From Squalus acanthias (Eukaryota): a stretch of 64,000 bases of DNA. Shown piece after piece: positions 40,222 through 52,764 of the stretch. Within the stretch, counting starts at the first letter, position 1. Each line of letters opens with the position of its first letter. The stretch lies in contig CM059448.1 of the NCBI GenBank assembly GCA_030390025.1, positions 16,802,001 through 16,866,000 of the forward strand, in the 5' to 3' direction. Both the position numbers and the translations under genes were made by a program. The notes below the pieces were generated by a model. It saw only the letters and a program-made list of their open reading frames with translations, was not told the DNA's origin and did no database searches.

Positions 40222-40964
40222 GTAAGCAATCTTGCACTCCTGCCAAATATCTGCACCAAAATTGCCTTTTTTTAAATTTTATATTTTACAATGTTGAACT
40301 GAATGTGATGATTACCATTTGTACGATATATTTTTTAATTGCTGTATGATTTGTGTAGGCATTGCACAAGTTTGCTAATGTTTTCTAGAGTGGAGTGCCC
40401 AAATTATTTTGCGGAATGTTTGGGGAGACAGGTATTAACATTTCGTAGCATTTTTTAAGAGAGTGCAGAGGGAGCACTTTCAGTATATTTTTTCAAAAGC
40501 TTAAATGTCGTACCTTGTAGAAATTTATCCTCACTTTCAATCTTCATCTCTTCTTCGCCTTACCACCAGCTCCCCCGCCCCAAGCCCTGCAATTGTAGAG
40601 GCATTACATAGAGATACCCTGTCGAGTTACGTGAAAATCGGCAGTAATTTCACAGAGAAACCTGCAAATTAGTGCTTTGAACTAGCCTGATGCTGATCTA
40701 GATATGCCAATGCAGGAAAAGTCAGTAGTGAAAGTAGCTTGTCCTGACTTATGTATTGTTAGGATCAGCATCCATGATAGTAGTACTACATGTACATTTC
40801 AAAAATTCTTCATGGAACCAACTTAAAACTTGGTTATAAAACCCAAAGGATTCTTGTTCTATGTTTTTGCAGGTGCTAATTTTTCTCCCTGTCACCTAGT
40901 CTTGGGCCTCTGCACTGAACTGATCATAAGGAGGTATGGGAGAGTGAGTCAGGAATGACTCTTA

Positions 40965-41175
40965 CTCTGATTTGTTCAACCTCCACTTAGCACCATAGCA
41001 CTAGGGATTAAATCAACAATTCAGTGTCAGTAAGGATTAAAAATGTATCCCCAGTTGGTGGTGTAATGCATTGTATGTGTCTACCTGAAACCTGAGGGGT
41101 TTTACCATCCAGTGGGTATTGTATATAAATTAAATCATTTACCATAAATGCACCAGGGAATGTTTCAGTTCACAA
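40965..41175 (+). repeat. Direct repeat copy 2 (intron 6), hairpin-rich
   Basis: About 90% identical to 39562-39770. Confidence 0.95.
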
Positions 41176-41458
41176 TCTTGACATCTTGGCATTTTTGGAT
41201 TAGTTAGAGTAAAGTTGAAGAAGGGAAGATCTGATTTTCAACGGCATGTCCTTCCTAATATGTCTGGAAAGAGTGGTTTTTAATTTCCTTAACTGCTGAA
41301 AACATTGTTCTAATCTCAGGTTGCCATGATATTCTTTCTCTCTTTCTGTACCCATTTTACATGTTTTAATCCGAGATGAGAAATGCAATTCATGTAAAAT
41401 ATTAATTGTTTGAATCAAAATATCTGTAGAATCTTATTTAAACTTAATTTCCATTCAG

Positions 41459-41623
41459 CTTAATCAGAAGAACATGACGTTAAGCAATAGGTGCAGGATA
41501 TTTGACAAGTTTCAAGACCGAATATCACAGCACGCAATCAAGATAGACTTTCTAAACAAGATCCACAGGAAGCATCCACCCAATCGCAGACTTATGAAGC
41601 CAGTGAAGAGGAAAAATATGAAG
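41459..41623 (+). CDS. PHF12: PHF12 exon 7: polybasic region after PHD2
   Basis: ccattcag|CTT AAT CAG...ATG AAG|gtaagt; 165 nt; [55 protein letters not shown]. Confidence 0.96.
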
Positions 41624-42366
41624 GTAAGTAATATTCTGATAGGAATCGCTTATGGTGCATTTTGCAAGTTGGCATAAGAATATTTAAAAAATCTACTTGG
41701 GATGCTGTATTGATACCCATATAGGTTGGATTGCCTCAAGTTTCATGTAGAGAATAAAGTTGAGAGGTCAGCCATTGCTTTTCTATCCACTTTTGGGAGG
41801 GTTTCCAAAATTTCAGCACTGTTGGTGCCATCTGAAAACGCCAGTGATTAAGCCCCTGAAACATTCGAAGAATATGTGAAAAACATTTTTCTATATATGT
41901 ACTCGAAGTGCAGTGGTTGCAGAGTAGTACATGTACGTATTGAGCTCTGAAAATTGAATATCTAATATTCCTTTCTGGAAAAAAACTCCTGCAGTCATGT
42001 AAACTCATCCCTGCTGAGTTCTGCTTACTCAGCACTACCCAGCAATTTAACCTGGACTTTCTAGTCTGTATGGCTCAGTTACACACAGACTTTACTAACT
42101 TGGACCATCTGAGAGCTGGTATTAAAATCTTATTTCCTTTTTGGTATATAAATAACGTATGCCATGGTAGATTAATGGTGCTGTTTGACAGCATTCTCTA
42201 TATGGCTTTGTTTATTTTTAAAATCAGAGTACTTATTTAAAACAAACACAAAAATTAAAACTTGTGTAGACTTCCTAGTTTGAACCATAATCTTCACAGT
42301 ATTCTTGATGGTGGATGTGGACATGTTTTGTTGGTTGGCCTCCATTCATACTGTTCCCATGCTGCC

Positions 42367-42810
42367 CTATGAGTTTACATAGGATATACAGCACAGAAAC
42401 AGGCCATTCGGCCCAACCATTCTATGCCGGTGTTTATGCTCCACTCGAGCCTCCTCCCGTCATTCCTCACCGAACTGCATAACCCTCTATTCCCTTCTCC
42501 CTCATATGCTTATCTAGCCTCCCCTTAAATGCATCTATACTATTCGCTTCAACCACTCCCTGTGGTAGCGAGTTCCACATTCTCACCACGCTCTGGGTAA
42601 AGAAGTTTCTTCTGAATTCCCTACTTGTTTTCCTGGTGACGATCTTCTATTGATGGCCTCTAGTTTTGCTTTTCCCCCACAAGTGGAAACACTCTCTCTG
42701 TATCCACTCTATCAAAACCTTTCATAATTTTAAAGACCTCTATTAGGTCACCCCTCAGCCTTCTCTTTGCAAAAGAAAAGAGACCCAGCCTCTTCATCCT
42801 TTCCTGAGTG
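42367..42810 (-). mobile_element. CR1 3' fragment (same subfamily as 3290-3957)
   Basis: Reverse complement closely matches 3545-3957; tail tttacataggatatacagcacaga. Confidence 0.9.
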
Positions 42811-44679
42811 GCCAGAAGTAGGATATAATGGGAGCTGGCTAATTTCCTTGGTGATCCTAAAACACAGTAAAGATTGGAAACTTGACTGGTGGGCTACCAA
42901 CCATGTGCTCAGCTTTTGAAACTTGGGTTTTCATTCAGATTTAGCATTCATTGTTTACGTTCCTTAGATTTAATTTTATTTGTGTAAGATACTGTCTCAC
43001 TTTTCACAATTAATATTCTACGCCTGCTGAATGTTAGGAACCTTTTTAAAAAAAAATTATTAAGCAAATACTTTTGTCTTTATATATAATAGCTTCAGCA
43101 ATTCATTGTCAAAAATCACTTTTTAATTCATTTCACGTAGGATAGTGCAGATGACTTGCCACCTGATGTAGCTGGAAACTTCTGATGGCAATAAACAAGT
43201 ACTGGATTCTTTAGTATGGTTTTACCCTTTTAAGGGTCTTAACATTTGCAGAGGAACTAAATGCCTGAGTGGAATTCCTTTTGTTGCAGTTAATATTTTC
43301 TCCATTCAGTTACTGTGAATGTTTAATTGTTGTTCCTCTGATCTAAGCACTCTATGATCATTTATTTAGGCTACCTGGGTTGCCATGACATTTTTCCTGC
43401 TAAGAATTATGGGTAAGTGATCAAGGACACACAGTCCTGTGCAAGTCCCCTTCCCTTCTCTTCCTCCCCCGCAAATGACAAGTAGTTTAATTAGATTAGA
43501 ATGGTAGTCACGAGGAAGAATTTACACATTAATCGTGGGTTGGCTGTGATATGTCGAGCAATGATTCTTAGCAAGGGTAGATATCCCAAGTCAGGTTGCC
43601 TAACCAAGTGAGTGCTTTTACCAGAGGAATGAAAAATGGCTGAGAAAGGAACTGAGGAAGTTTCTCTGAAAAGTGGCACATCTCTGACTTCCTAATTCAT
43701 TTGTATAATTTTAACTCCTAACTACTCGATTTGACTTCATTGGAATTTATAAATATATCAACTTCTGTTTTATATGGAGCTGTTAAAGTTTCTTATGAAA
43801 TTTGAGTATTTGTAGTAGTCTAAATCTTTCACTAGTTTGTCTTTATGCCAAATATTGGTAAAATATGTGTGGGAAATAATTGAATCGCTGCCGCTTTAAA
43901 TGCAGAGCAAAAGTAATTATATAACAAAGAACCAGTGAGATTCAGTTCCCCCTGAAGATTACTCCTCAATCATTCCGAATCCATGAAAACATTTCAAGTA
44001 TCATGATTTTGATGGGAGGTTGTAAATCTGCAGATACACTAAAGTGAAAATTGTCTCTGGGTTTTTACTTTCAATATATGGATAATTTTTAAATGAAGTG
44101 CTTGTGATAGAAACTTAACAGTTGGAGGTTCACCAGACCCAAACTGTAACATTGGCTGGACTGAAAAATTACCAACGAGACCAAAATTGTGTGTTTGGGT
44201 GAGGATGGCGGTATTAGAAACTGCCTTCTCCCCTTCCCACTCGTAGAGAAGAGATCTATATTGTATTTTTAGGTAAAGATTGGGGGATATGATATTTCTA
44301 AGCTATCCAGGAGTGCTCAGCGTACCTTGCATTGTTTTCCGTACGGCTGCATAAATGTAAATATCTTGGGGAGGACGGGCGGATTATAGTAAACTTGGTG
44401 TTTGCGGTAGGAAGTGCTTGAATCGGGAACCTCCTGACTTAGGCTCTATAGCTTTTTCTTACCAGGACTAAAAAAAAATTGCAATAACTATTTTAGAAAT
44501 ACCTGAGTGGCTTGCATATAGCTTCCAATATCAACAGCTGTTCTTGGCTAGACTAAAACAAAAGATGTCCATTGCAGCAAATGACTTTTAAGTCTGTATG
44601 TTTCACAGCTTCAGTTTGGTTGCCCTTTAAACTCAATTCTACGGGTGACTGATTTCAGTTTCATTTACCTTTCTTTAAG

Positions 44680-44838
44680 GTTCCTGAAGCAATTAAGGCC
44701 CAGTACCAGTATCCACCTCCTCTCCTTCCACCGGCAGGAATCCGTGATGGAGAGCTGATATGTAACGAGACTCCTACTGAGTCACAAAAGCACCTTTCCA
44801 ACTATGAGCACTTTGCTACTGAAGAAGAACAACAGGAG
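44680..44838 (+). CDS. PHF12: PHF12 exon 8
   Basis: ttctttaag|GTT CCT GAA...CAG GAG|gtaatt; 159 nt; [53 protein letters not shown]. Confidence 0.95.
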
Positions 44839-45039
44839 GTAATTAATGCGGTGAAGGAGACCAGACAGAGAGTGAAATATGTTATGAAACCTATTCAAAA
44901 TAAATTTTTGTTTCCAATTAATGCTGAAATTAACAAGAGATTCTCCATCCTGAAAAGCTTTGTTGGAACATTGATTTTTTATTGATAAATTTTTATTGAT
45001 AATGCTCTTGTTTAAGCGCCTTGGGAAGTTTTGCTACAC

Positions 45040-46647
45040 CAGTTTCTCTCCGATCTCCCCTCATGATCTCTCTTGCACTCATCTTGTCTGAGACCCACCT
45101 CCTGCTCCCTCGACCCTATTCCCACCAAACTGCTGACCACCCAACTTCCTTTTCTGGCTCCCATGTTAGCTGATATTGTTAACGGTTCTCTCTCCTCAGG
45201 TACTGTCCCCCTCTCCCTCAAATCTGCCGTCATCACCCCTCTCCTCAAAAAACCAAACCTGGACCCCTCTGTCCTTGCAAACTACCACCCCATCTCCAAC
45301 CTCCCTTTCCTCTCAAGTCTTTGAACGTGTTGTTGCCTCCCAGATCTGTGCCCATCTTTCCCGCAATTCCATGTTTGAATCCCTCCAATCAGGTTTCCGA
45401 CCTTGCTACAGTACTGAAACGGCTCTCATCAAACTCACAAATGACATCCTTTGTGACTGTGACAAAGGTAAACTATCCCTCCTCGTCCTTCTTGGCTTGT
45501 CTGCAGCTTTTGACACGGTTGACCACTCCATCCTTCTCCCAATGCCTCTCCACTGTCGTCCAGCTGGGTGGGACTGCACTCGCCTGGTTCCATTCTTATC
45601 TATCTAATCGTAATCAGAGAATCACCTGCAACGACTTCTCTTCCCGCTCCCGCATCGTTACCTCTGGTGTCCCAGAAGGATCTATCCTTAGCCCCCTCCA
45701 CATGTATGCTGACGACACCCAGCTCTACCTCACTACCTCTTCTCTCGACCCCTCCACTGTGTCGAAATTGTCAGACTGCTTGTCCGACCTACAGTTCTGG
45801 ATGAGCAAAAATTTTCTCCAATTAAATATTGGGAAGACCGAAGCCATTGTTTTCAGTCCCCGCCACAAACTCTGTTCCCTAGCCACTGACTCCATCCCTC
45901 TCCCTAACATCTGTCTGAGGCTGAACCACACTGTTCGCAACCTTAATGTCATATTTGACCATGAAATGAGCTTCTGACCACACATCCGCAGCATAACAAG
46001 ACCGCCTATTTCCACCTCCGTAACATCGCCCTGTCTCCGCCCTTACCTCAGCTCATCCACTGCTGAAACCCACATCCATGCCTTTGTTACCTCTAGACTT
46101 GACTATTCCAACGCACTCCTGGCTGGCCTCCCACATTCTACCCTACGTAAACTTGAGGTCATCCAAAACTCGGCTGCCCGTGTCCTAACTCGCACCAAAT
46201 CCCATTCACCCATCACCCCTGTGCTCGCTGACCTACATTGGCTCCCGGTTAAGCAGCGCCTCGATTTCAAAATTCTCATCCTTGTTTTCAAATCCCTACA
46301 TGGCCTCGCCCTTCCCTATCTCTGTAATCTCCTTCAGCCCCACAATCCCCCCCGAGATATCTGCGCTCCTCTAATTCTGCCCTCTTGAGGATCCCTGATT
46401 ATAATCGCTCAACCTTTGGTGGCCGTGCCTTCTGTTGCCTGGGCCTTAAGCTCTGGAATTCCCTGCCTAAACCTCCGCCTCTTTCCTCCTTTAAGACGCT
46501 CCTTAAAACCTACCTCTTTGACCAAGCTTTTGGTCACCTGCCCTAATTTATCCTTATGTGGATCGGTGTAAAAAATTTTGTCTTAAAATACTCCTGTGCA
46601 GCGCCTTGGGACATTTGTCAAAGGCGCTATATAAATACAAGTTGTTG
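45040..46647 (+). mobile_element. 5'-truncated L2 LINE with frameshifted RT
   Basis: SCSLDPIPT, QSGFRP..STETAL, LSAAFDTVDH, GVPEGSIL, YADDTQLY; tail ggcgctatataaatacaagttgttg. Confidence 0.92.
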
Positions 46648-46897
46648 GCGATTTACAAATTAAATCAGTTCAGTGTGTCATGAATATACCACCAGGTTTT
46701 CTTCTATGAAACCCTGAAGAGTTTTCAACTAACTGCTACACACAACTGAAATTATACCCTATATAAATAAAAGGAGCTACAATAGAATAGAAAGTTATGT
46801 CTGCTGTACAACACTCATTGCCTACCTGTGAAGTACCAAGTACTGTTTTTTTTTCTTGAACCCTTCCTTTTAACAAGTGTTTTTTCTTTTCCTCTAG

Positions 46898-47762
46898 TGG
46901 CTTCGTAGTGTTGTTGCACTTCAATGCAGCATATTCAAACATTTATCTGCTAAGCAGATGCCATTATTTTGGGACACTGAACACCCTGAAAAGGCTGATA
47001 TTAAGCCGTACGTTACAGCCCAGTGTTCAGCAGACAGCTCTTTAAGCAGCGCGCATCAGACAGCTGGAAAGAAACCATCGTCCTCCCCTTCTCCGACATC
47101 ATGCAATGTTACATGCACCTCAGGGACCAATAGCCAGAATTCTTCAGGTTCCTCTGTATCTCAGCAGCCCGGCGCTGCCATTGCACAGGAAGAAAATGCC
47201 CGTAGTTTATATCCAGAGACCTTGTGCAAGACATCAAGTAGTGGAACTTCTAATGGACCTTTGTCAGCAGAGGTAAAAGTAAATGGACCTTTCCCATGCA
47301 CCATTTCATCAGAACCGTCCAGGCAGCTGGCAGATACACAGAGACCAAAGGGACCATTGACACAGGTGCCAAGCCAGATATCTGGACAAGCATGGCTGCA
47401 ATCTCAGCTGAGACCAGCTACGCCACCGGCAGCCAGCAACCTCCAAAATCATTTTGTGGGAGCGCTCGTTAAATCGGAGAATGCAGGAGGACCTGTTTCA
47501 TGCTTGCAGCGAATTCCTGTCAGTGTGACGAGTGTGCCCGCTTCTTTATCTACTTTGTGTGCCAGTTCTGAGATCACCAGCAGCTCACAGCTTAAGAGCA
47601 CCGCCTCAATGCAGATTGCTGGGCGACCGACCACGTTTATGGCAAAGGTTGTTACGACATCCTCTGCTATATGCAGGGCTATTACTCCACCAAGAGCAGC
47701 GGTAGATAGTGTTTCAACAATGTTGGGGCCGCCAAGAAACCTGATTTCACCAGCAGCTACAG
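46898..47762 (+). CDS. PHF12: PHF12 exon 9: large S/T/P-rich, likely disordered exon
   Basis: cctctag|TGG CTT CGT...GCT ACA G|gtgggt; 865 nt; starts WLRSVVALQCSIFKHLSAKQMP, includes EKADIKP, EVKVNGP, VKSENA; matches ORF 46958..47983 up to the donor. Confidence 0.93.
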
Positions 47763-47782
47763 GTGGGTATCTTGTTCTTTGT

Positions 47783-49660
47783 TATAGAGTCATAGAGTTA
47801 TACAGCACGGATAGAGGCCCTTCGGCCCATCGTGTCCGCGCCGGCCATCAAGCCCTGTCTAATCTAATCCCATATTCCAGCATTTGGTCCGTAGCCTTGT
47901 ATGCTATGGCATTTCAAGTGCTCATCCAAATGCTTCTTGAATGTTGTGAGGGTTCCTGCCTCCACAACCCTTTCAGGCAGTGAGTTCCAGACTCCAACCA
48001 CCCTCTGGGTGAAAAAGTTCTTTCTCAAATCCCTTCTAAACCTCCCGCCCTTTACCTTGAATCTATGCCCCCTTGTTATAGACCCCTCTACTAAGGGAAA
48101 AAGCTCCTTAGTATCCATCCTATCTATGCCCCTCATAATTTTGTACACCTCAATCATGTCCCCCCTCAGCCTCCTCTGCTCCAAGGAAAACAAACCCAAT
48201 CTGCCAAGTCTCTCTTCATAGCTGAAGCACTCCAGCCCGGGTAACATTCTGGTGAATCTCCTCTGCACCCTCTCCAAAGCGATCACATCCTTCCTGTAGT
48301 GTGGCGACCAGAACTGCACACAGTATTCCAGATGTGGCCTAACCAGTGTTTTATACAGCTCCATCATAACCTCCTTGCTCTTATATTCTATGCCTCGGCT
48401 AATGAATGCAAGTATCCCATATGCCTTTTTTACCACCTTATCCACCTGTTCCGCCGCCTTCAGGGATCTGTGTACTTGCACACCAAGATCCCTCTGACCC
48501 TCCGTCTTGCCTAGGTCTTACCATTCATTGTATATTCCCTTGCCTTGTTAGTCCCTCCAAAGTGCATCACCTCGCACTTTTCCAGATTAAATTCCATTTG
48601 CCACTGTTCCACCCATCTGACCAACCCATCTATATCGTCCTGCAGACTGAGGCTACCCTCCTCGCTATTTACCACCCTACCAATTTTTGTATCATCCGCG
48701 AGCTTACTGATCATACCTTTTACATTCATATCCAAGTCGTTAATGTAGACCACAAACAGCAAGGGACCCAGCACCGATCCCTGTGGTACCCCACTGGCCA
48801 CAGGCTTCCAGTCACAAAAACAACCTTCGACCATCACCTTCTGCCACTGAGCCAGTTTTGTATCCAATGTGCCAAGGCACCCTGGATTCCATGGGCTCTT
48901 ACCTTCTTGACCAGTCTCCTGTGCGGGACTTTATCGAAGGCCTTACTGAAATCCATGTATACTACATCCACTGCGTTACTCTCATCCACACACCTAGTCA
49001 CCCCCTCAAAAAATTCAATCAAATTAGTCAGACATGATCTTCCCTTGACAAAGCCATGTTGGCTAACCCTGATTAATCCTTGCCTCTCCAAGTGGAGACT
49101 GATTTTGTCCCTCAGAATTTTTTCCAATAATTTTCCTACCACTGATGTTAGGCTCACTGGCCTGTAGTTCCCCGGTTTTTCCCTACTCCCTTTCTTGAAT
49201 AATGGTACTACATTAGTGGTTCTCCAGTCCTCTGGCACATCCCCTGTGACCAGAGAGGTTCTGAATATATGTGTTAGAGCCCCCGCAATCTCCTCCTTTG
49301 CCTCACACAGCAGCCTGGGATACATTTCGTTCGGACCTGGGGATTTATCCATTTTCAGACCTGCTGAAACCGCCAATACCTCCTCCCTCTCGATGTTAAA
49401 ATGTTCGAGTATATCACAGTCCCCCTGCCCTAATTTTATGTCTGCATCGTCCTTCTCCATAGTGAAAACAGATGCAAAAAATTCATTTAGAACCCCACCT
49501 ACATCTTCCGGCTCCACACACAGATTGCCACTTTTGTCCCTAATGGGCCCTATTTTTTCCCTAGTTATCCTCTTACCCTTAACATACTTATAAAACATCT
49601 TAGGATTTTCCTTTATTTTGCTCGCCAGTGTTATTTCATGGCCCCTCTTTGATCTCCTAA
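47783..49660 (-). mobile_element. 5'-truncated CR1 LINE (about 1.9 kb), RT in three frames
   Basis: ORFs 48834..49688, 48511..48867, 47864..48481: NYRPVSLTS, QHGF, DFSKAFDKVPH, GVPQGSVLGP, KLADDTK, PHLEYCVQFWSP; (actctatg)n tail at about 47783. Confidence 0.95.
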
Positions 49661-50874
49661 CCAGCAAAATCTTATATTTTGTGAACAAAAACTTATCTAA
49701 GTTTCAATTGCACAAAAAAGTTATTTTTTAAAAATGTAGTTCAATTAATTTCATGACATTTGGGTAGTGTTGTCTATCAAGAGATCAGGAGACTTGAGTC
49801 AAGCTAAACCTTTGAAAAATCTAGGGCAATTACTGTTCATAATACCCACCCCATCTATGATTGAGCAACATATCCATAAATATATCTACCTGACAATATT
49901 AATTTTCCAGTGCAAGGGACCCTCCCCAGACACTCCTGTCATCAGTTACAGCGACAGGCTGCTTGCATCTCGAAGCAGCTCCAACCTCTTCTCAGACAGG
50001 TGTGGGAACTAATCTGGAGCTGTCCTACCCTAGGAAAACACACTACTGGCAGAATATGTGGCAGTATTGTGGTTTTCCAATTTAATTGATGTGCTTGATG
50101 TTTCAAATTTTAGATTTGGTTGCAGAAAAAGATGCTGCTTGTCTCCCAATGTAGGTTTACCTTGAGACTATATTGTGAGCACAATGTAGCTAAAATCCTA
50201 TTAATAAATATGGGAATTGCACTTTAGAATGATAAGTGGGCGTCAGGCTATTTCACATTTGATTCAAGTTTTCAGATTATAAAGAAAACGGTTGAATAGA
50301 CTAGCATTCGAGGTTGGTTAAATCTTTGTGCAAGTAGTTTTTGGAATCCAGATTCAAGCACATTTTCTCAGCACACTAGCATTATATTAGGGAGTTGTTA
50401 AACTTGGCATGGAGAAGATTGTAGAACAAACACACGAGTTTTCCTGAATAAATAGTTTGGCAATCCTAGCAGTTGTCATTATCATTGTTTGAGTTCTTTA
50501 GCACTAACAGAACTTGTGAGTTTAAAAAAAAAAAGTCAAATAAAATGTTTCTTTGGTCTATTTGAATGTTGTCTGTAATTCAAGGATGTTGCACTCTCAT
50601 AGTGTTACATGATATCTTTCACCTGCACAAGTAAGATAGCAGAGTCAGACACTGGAGTGTTCAAAATAACATTAGGTTGGAAAGTTAGAATACCGGATGA
50701 CTGACCTTCGATGGGCTAAATGGCCTTTTCTCACCCTTGAATCTCATCTGCAGAATCATGGTGTGCGGGGCCAGTTTCTTGACGTGTTATGTTGTGTTGA
50801 AGATAGGCACTGAACTTGAATGGCTTCTGTTCCAAAACTGGTTGTAACTAATATGTACTTTTTTTTCATGAAAG

Positions 50875-51009
50875 GTAAAGTGAGTCCAACTGTGCTGTCC
50901 ACCGGTGTGTCCATGGGAAACAAACCAGTTCCCTTAACTTCTCCATCAAACACTTCAGTTATGTTTGACCTTGCCAACTCTCTGCAGGCAGCTATGGAAG
51001 GAAGTGGAG
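50875..51009 (+). CDS. PHF12: PHF12 exon 10
   Basis: ttttcatgaaag|GT AAA GTG...AGT GGA G|gtaaat; 135 nt; (G)KVSPTVLSTG...VMFDLANSLQAAMEGSG; phase 1 to 1; exact acceptor slightly uncertain. Confidence 0.85.
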
Positions 51010-52607
51010 GTAAATGCTTTGAAAATTCCTGAGCTGATTTTCTCCAGTTGACTTACCATTTAGTAGATGGAAAGATTTGAGCTTTGGGTTACAAATGCAT
51101 TACACACCATTCCTACCAATAGGCCCAAAACTTGTTGCAGAAATGTACAGTGCACATTTTTTTAAATTTTGACTGACCAGGTTTCTCCTTGGAAGCCTTC
51201 ATTTAAGAGAGCAGCTTGTGTAATGGGCACACTTTGGTGATGTACTGTATCGAGTAATCTCCTTAAGGTGCCACCAGACACTTCAAACTTGGTACGTTGT
51301 GCGCGGATCACTTTCGGGTTTCAAAGTACCTATGCGAGTCCCCTCTGCCACCACTGAACTACAGAGAAATGAATTTAGTATAAAACACTACTATGGTCTG
51401 AAACATCAGCCTGGTATAGATTTACTTCCCTCTGCCTGTCAGGCTCTTTCTCTGCTTCCCCCCCCCCCCCTGCCTACATTGATTGATAGCAATGGAGGCA
51501 TAACAAGGTATGTTTGAATGTTGGAAGCAGATGGAAGGTAGAAGATCAGCTCCTTGACTCTCAGTTGCCTGCTCTATCGAGGGAGAAGGTGGAAACTTGT
51601 ACAGTTAATTTATTGTAAATCATGATGAATGGTGACTGACCTTTAATTTCTTTAAACTGAATTTAGGGTTTTGGTGCCCTTCCAGTTATGTTAGTGCCAC
51701 TGCTAACCTCGAGTCTGATTCCAGACACTAGTTGCTGTATGCCTGGGTGATCTGTTGCCACTTAATTAAACTCATCTAGGAGATACCCGAGTAACATTGG
51801 CTGTTAAAATTTATATTTAAACTTGTATTTTGTATTTTCGATCGTTTGATTTTCGTGCAGCTGCTCGGCTGCCGTTATTTTAATAAAGTTTTTAATATTT
51901 AAGAATATGTAATTAGTGATTACAAAAATATCTGCAGGCACATTCTGCTTGTTTTCAGGTTCTGCCTATGGGAAGTCAAGACATTGTTCTACTAACCTCA
52001 GTGTGGTCTTGTACTCAACCGGCTTGTTTTGTTTTTCTGTTTTAATTCAAACGATAGATGAATTTAGTTGTACCAGTACCAAGAGTCTGAGTCATTAATT
52101 AGCTCCACAAAGAAACTAAACTCGCATTTCAAACTGAGGAATTCTGTGGGAAATATCTGCCAGTGCTTATGTAGAGTTGCCTGTCCTCCTCCATGTTCAC
52201 TTTTTAAAATAAAATAGTACGCCAAATACGGTACCAAAACCAAATTTCATGTTGCAGCTTACGAATGGTTAATTTGGTGGGTGGGGGATGGGGAACGAAA
52301 GAGAGAACTTTGTTTAGTAAGTGCCCCATTCTATTCTTTCTGTATTCAGGGTTGATAATTATCAATTAAAATGACATGGGGAGCACACTCATCTGTCATT
52401 GCACTGCAGGTTGGGTGGGGAGGGGAGAACTGCAATCTCTATCAAAAACATTCACAATTAACGATGTGTGCTTACAATTTAGATTACCTCAATAACTTAG
52501 TTAGGTCCTTAGCAATGGCATCACCTTTAGTATATATATATATGTATGTATGTGTTGGAGAGCTGTTAGAGAAACTTCAAATTGGTTTGTTTCTTTTCCT
52601 TTTGTAG

Positions 52608-52757
52608 AGATTGAATTGAGTAAGCTTGATGAAAAGTTGATCCAGGTACTGGCTTGGCAGAGAATTCAGCAACTGTTTCCTCCCAAAGCATCCTCTTTAC
52701 CATCTGTGCTCAGCACCTCAAAAACCCAGACGACTACTGCTACAACGCAGACTGAAG
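52608..52757 (+). CDS. PHF12: PHF12 exon 11
   Basis: ttttgtag|AG ATT GAA...ACT GAA G|gtatgc; 150 nt; (E)IELSKLDEKLIQVLAWQRIQQLFPPK... Confidence 0.93.
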
Positions 52758-52764
52758 GTATGCA

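Noticed and set aside
40965-41175. Assignment to known ~200-nt H/ACA RNAs (U17/SNORA73, U19/SNORA74)
   Set aside because: The U17 m1/m2 motifs are absent and I see no resemblance to U19 as recalled; left unassigned.
47864-49688. Long RT ORFs as an active retroelement or domesticated gene
   Set aside because: 5'-truncated, no endonuclease or ORF1, two frameshifts. The overlapping + strand ORFs are antisense shadows of CR1.
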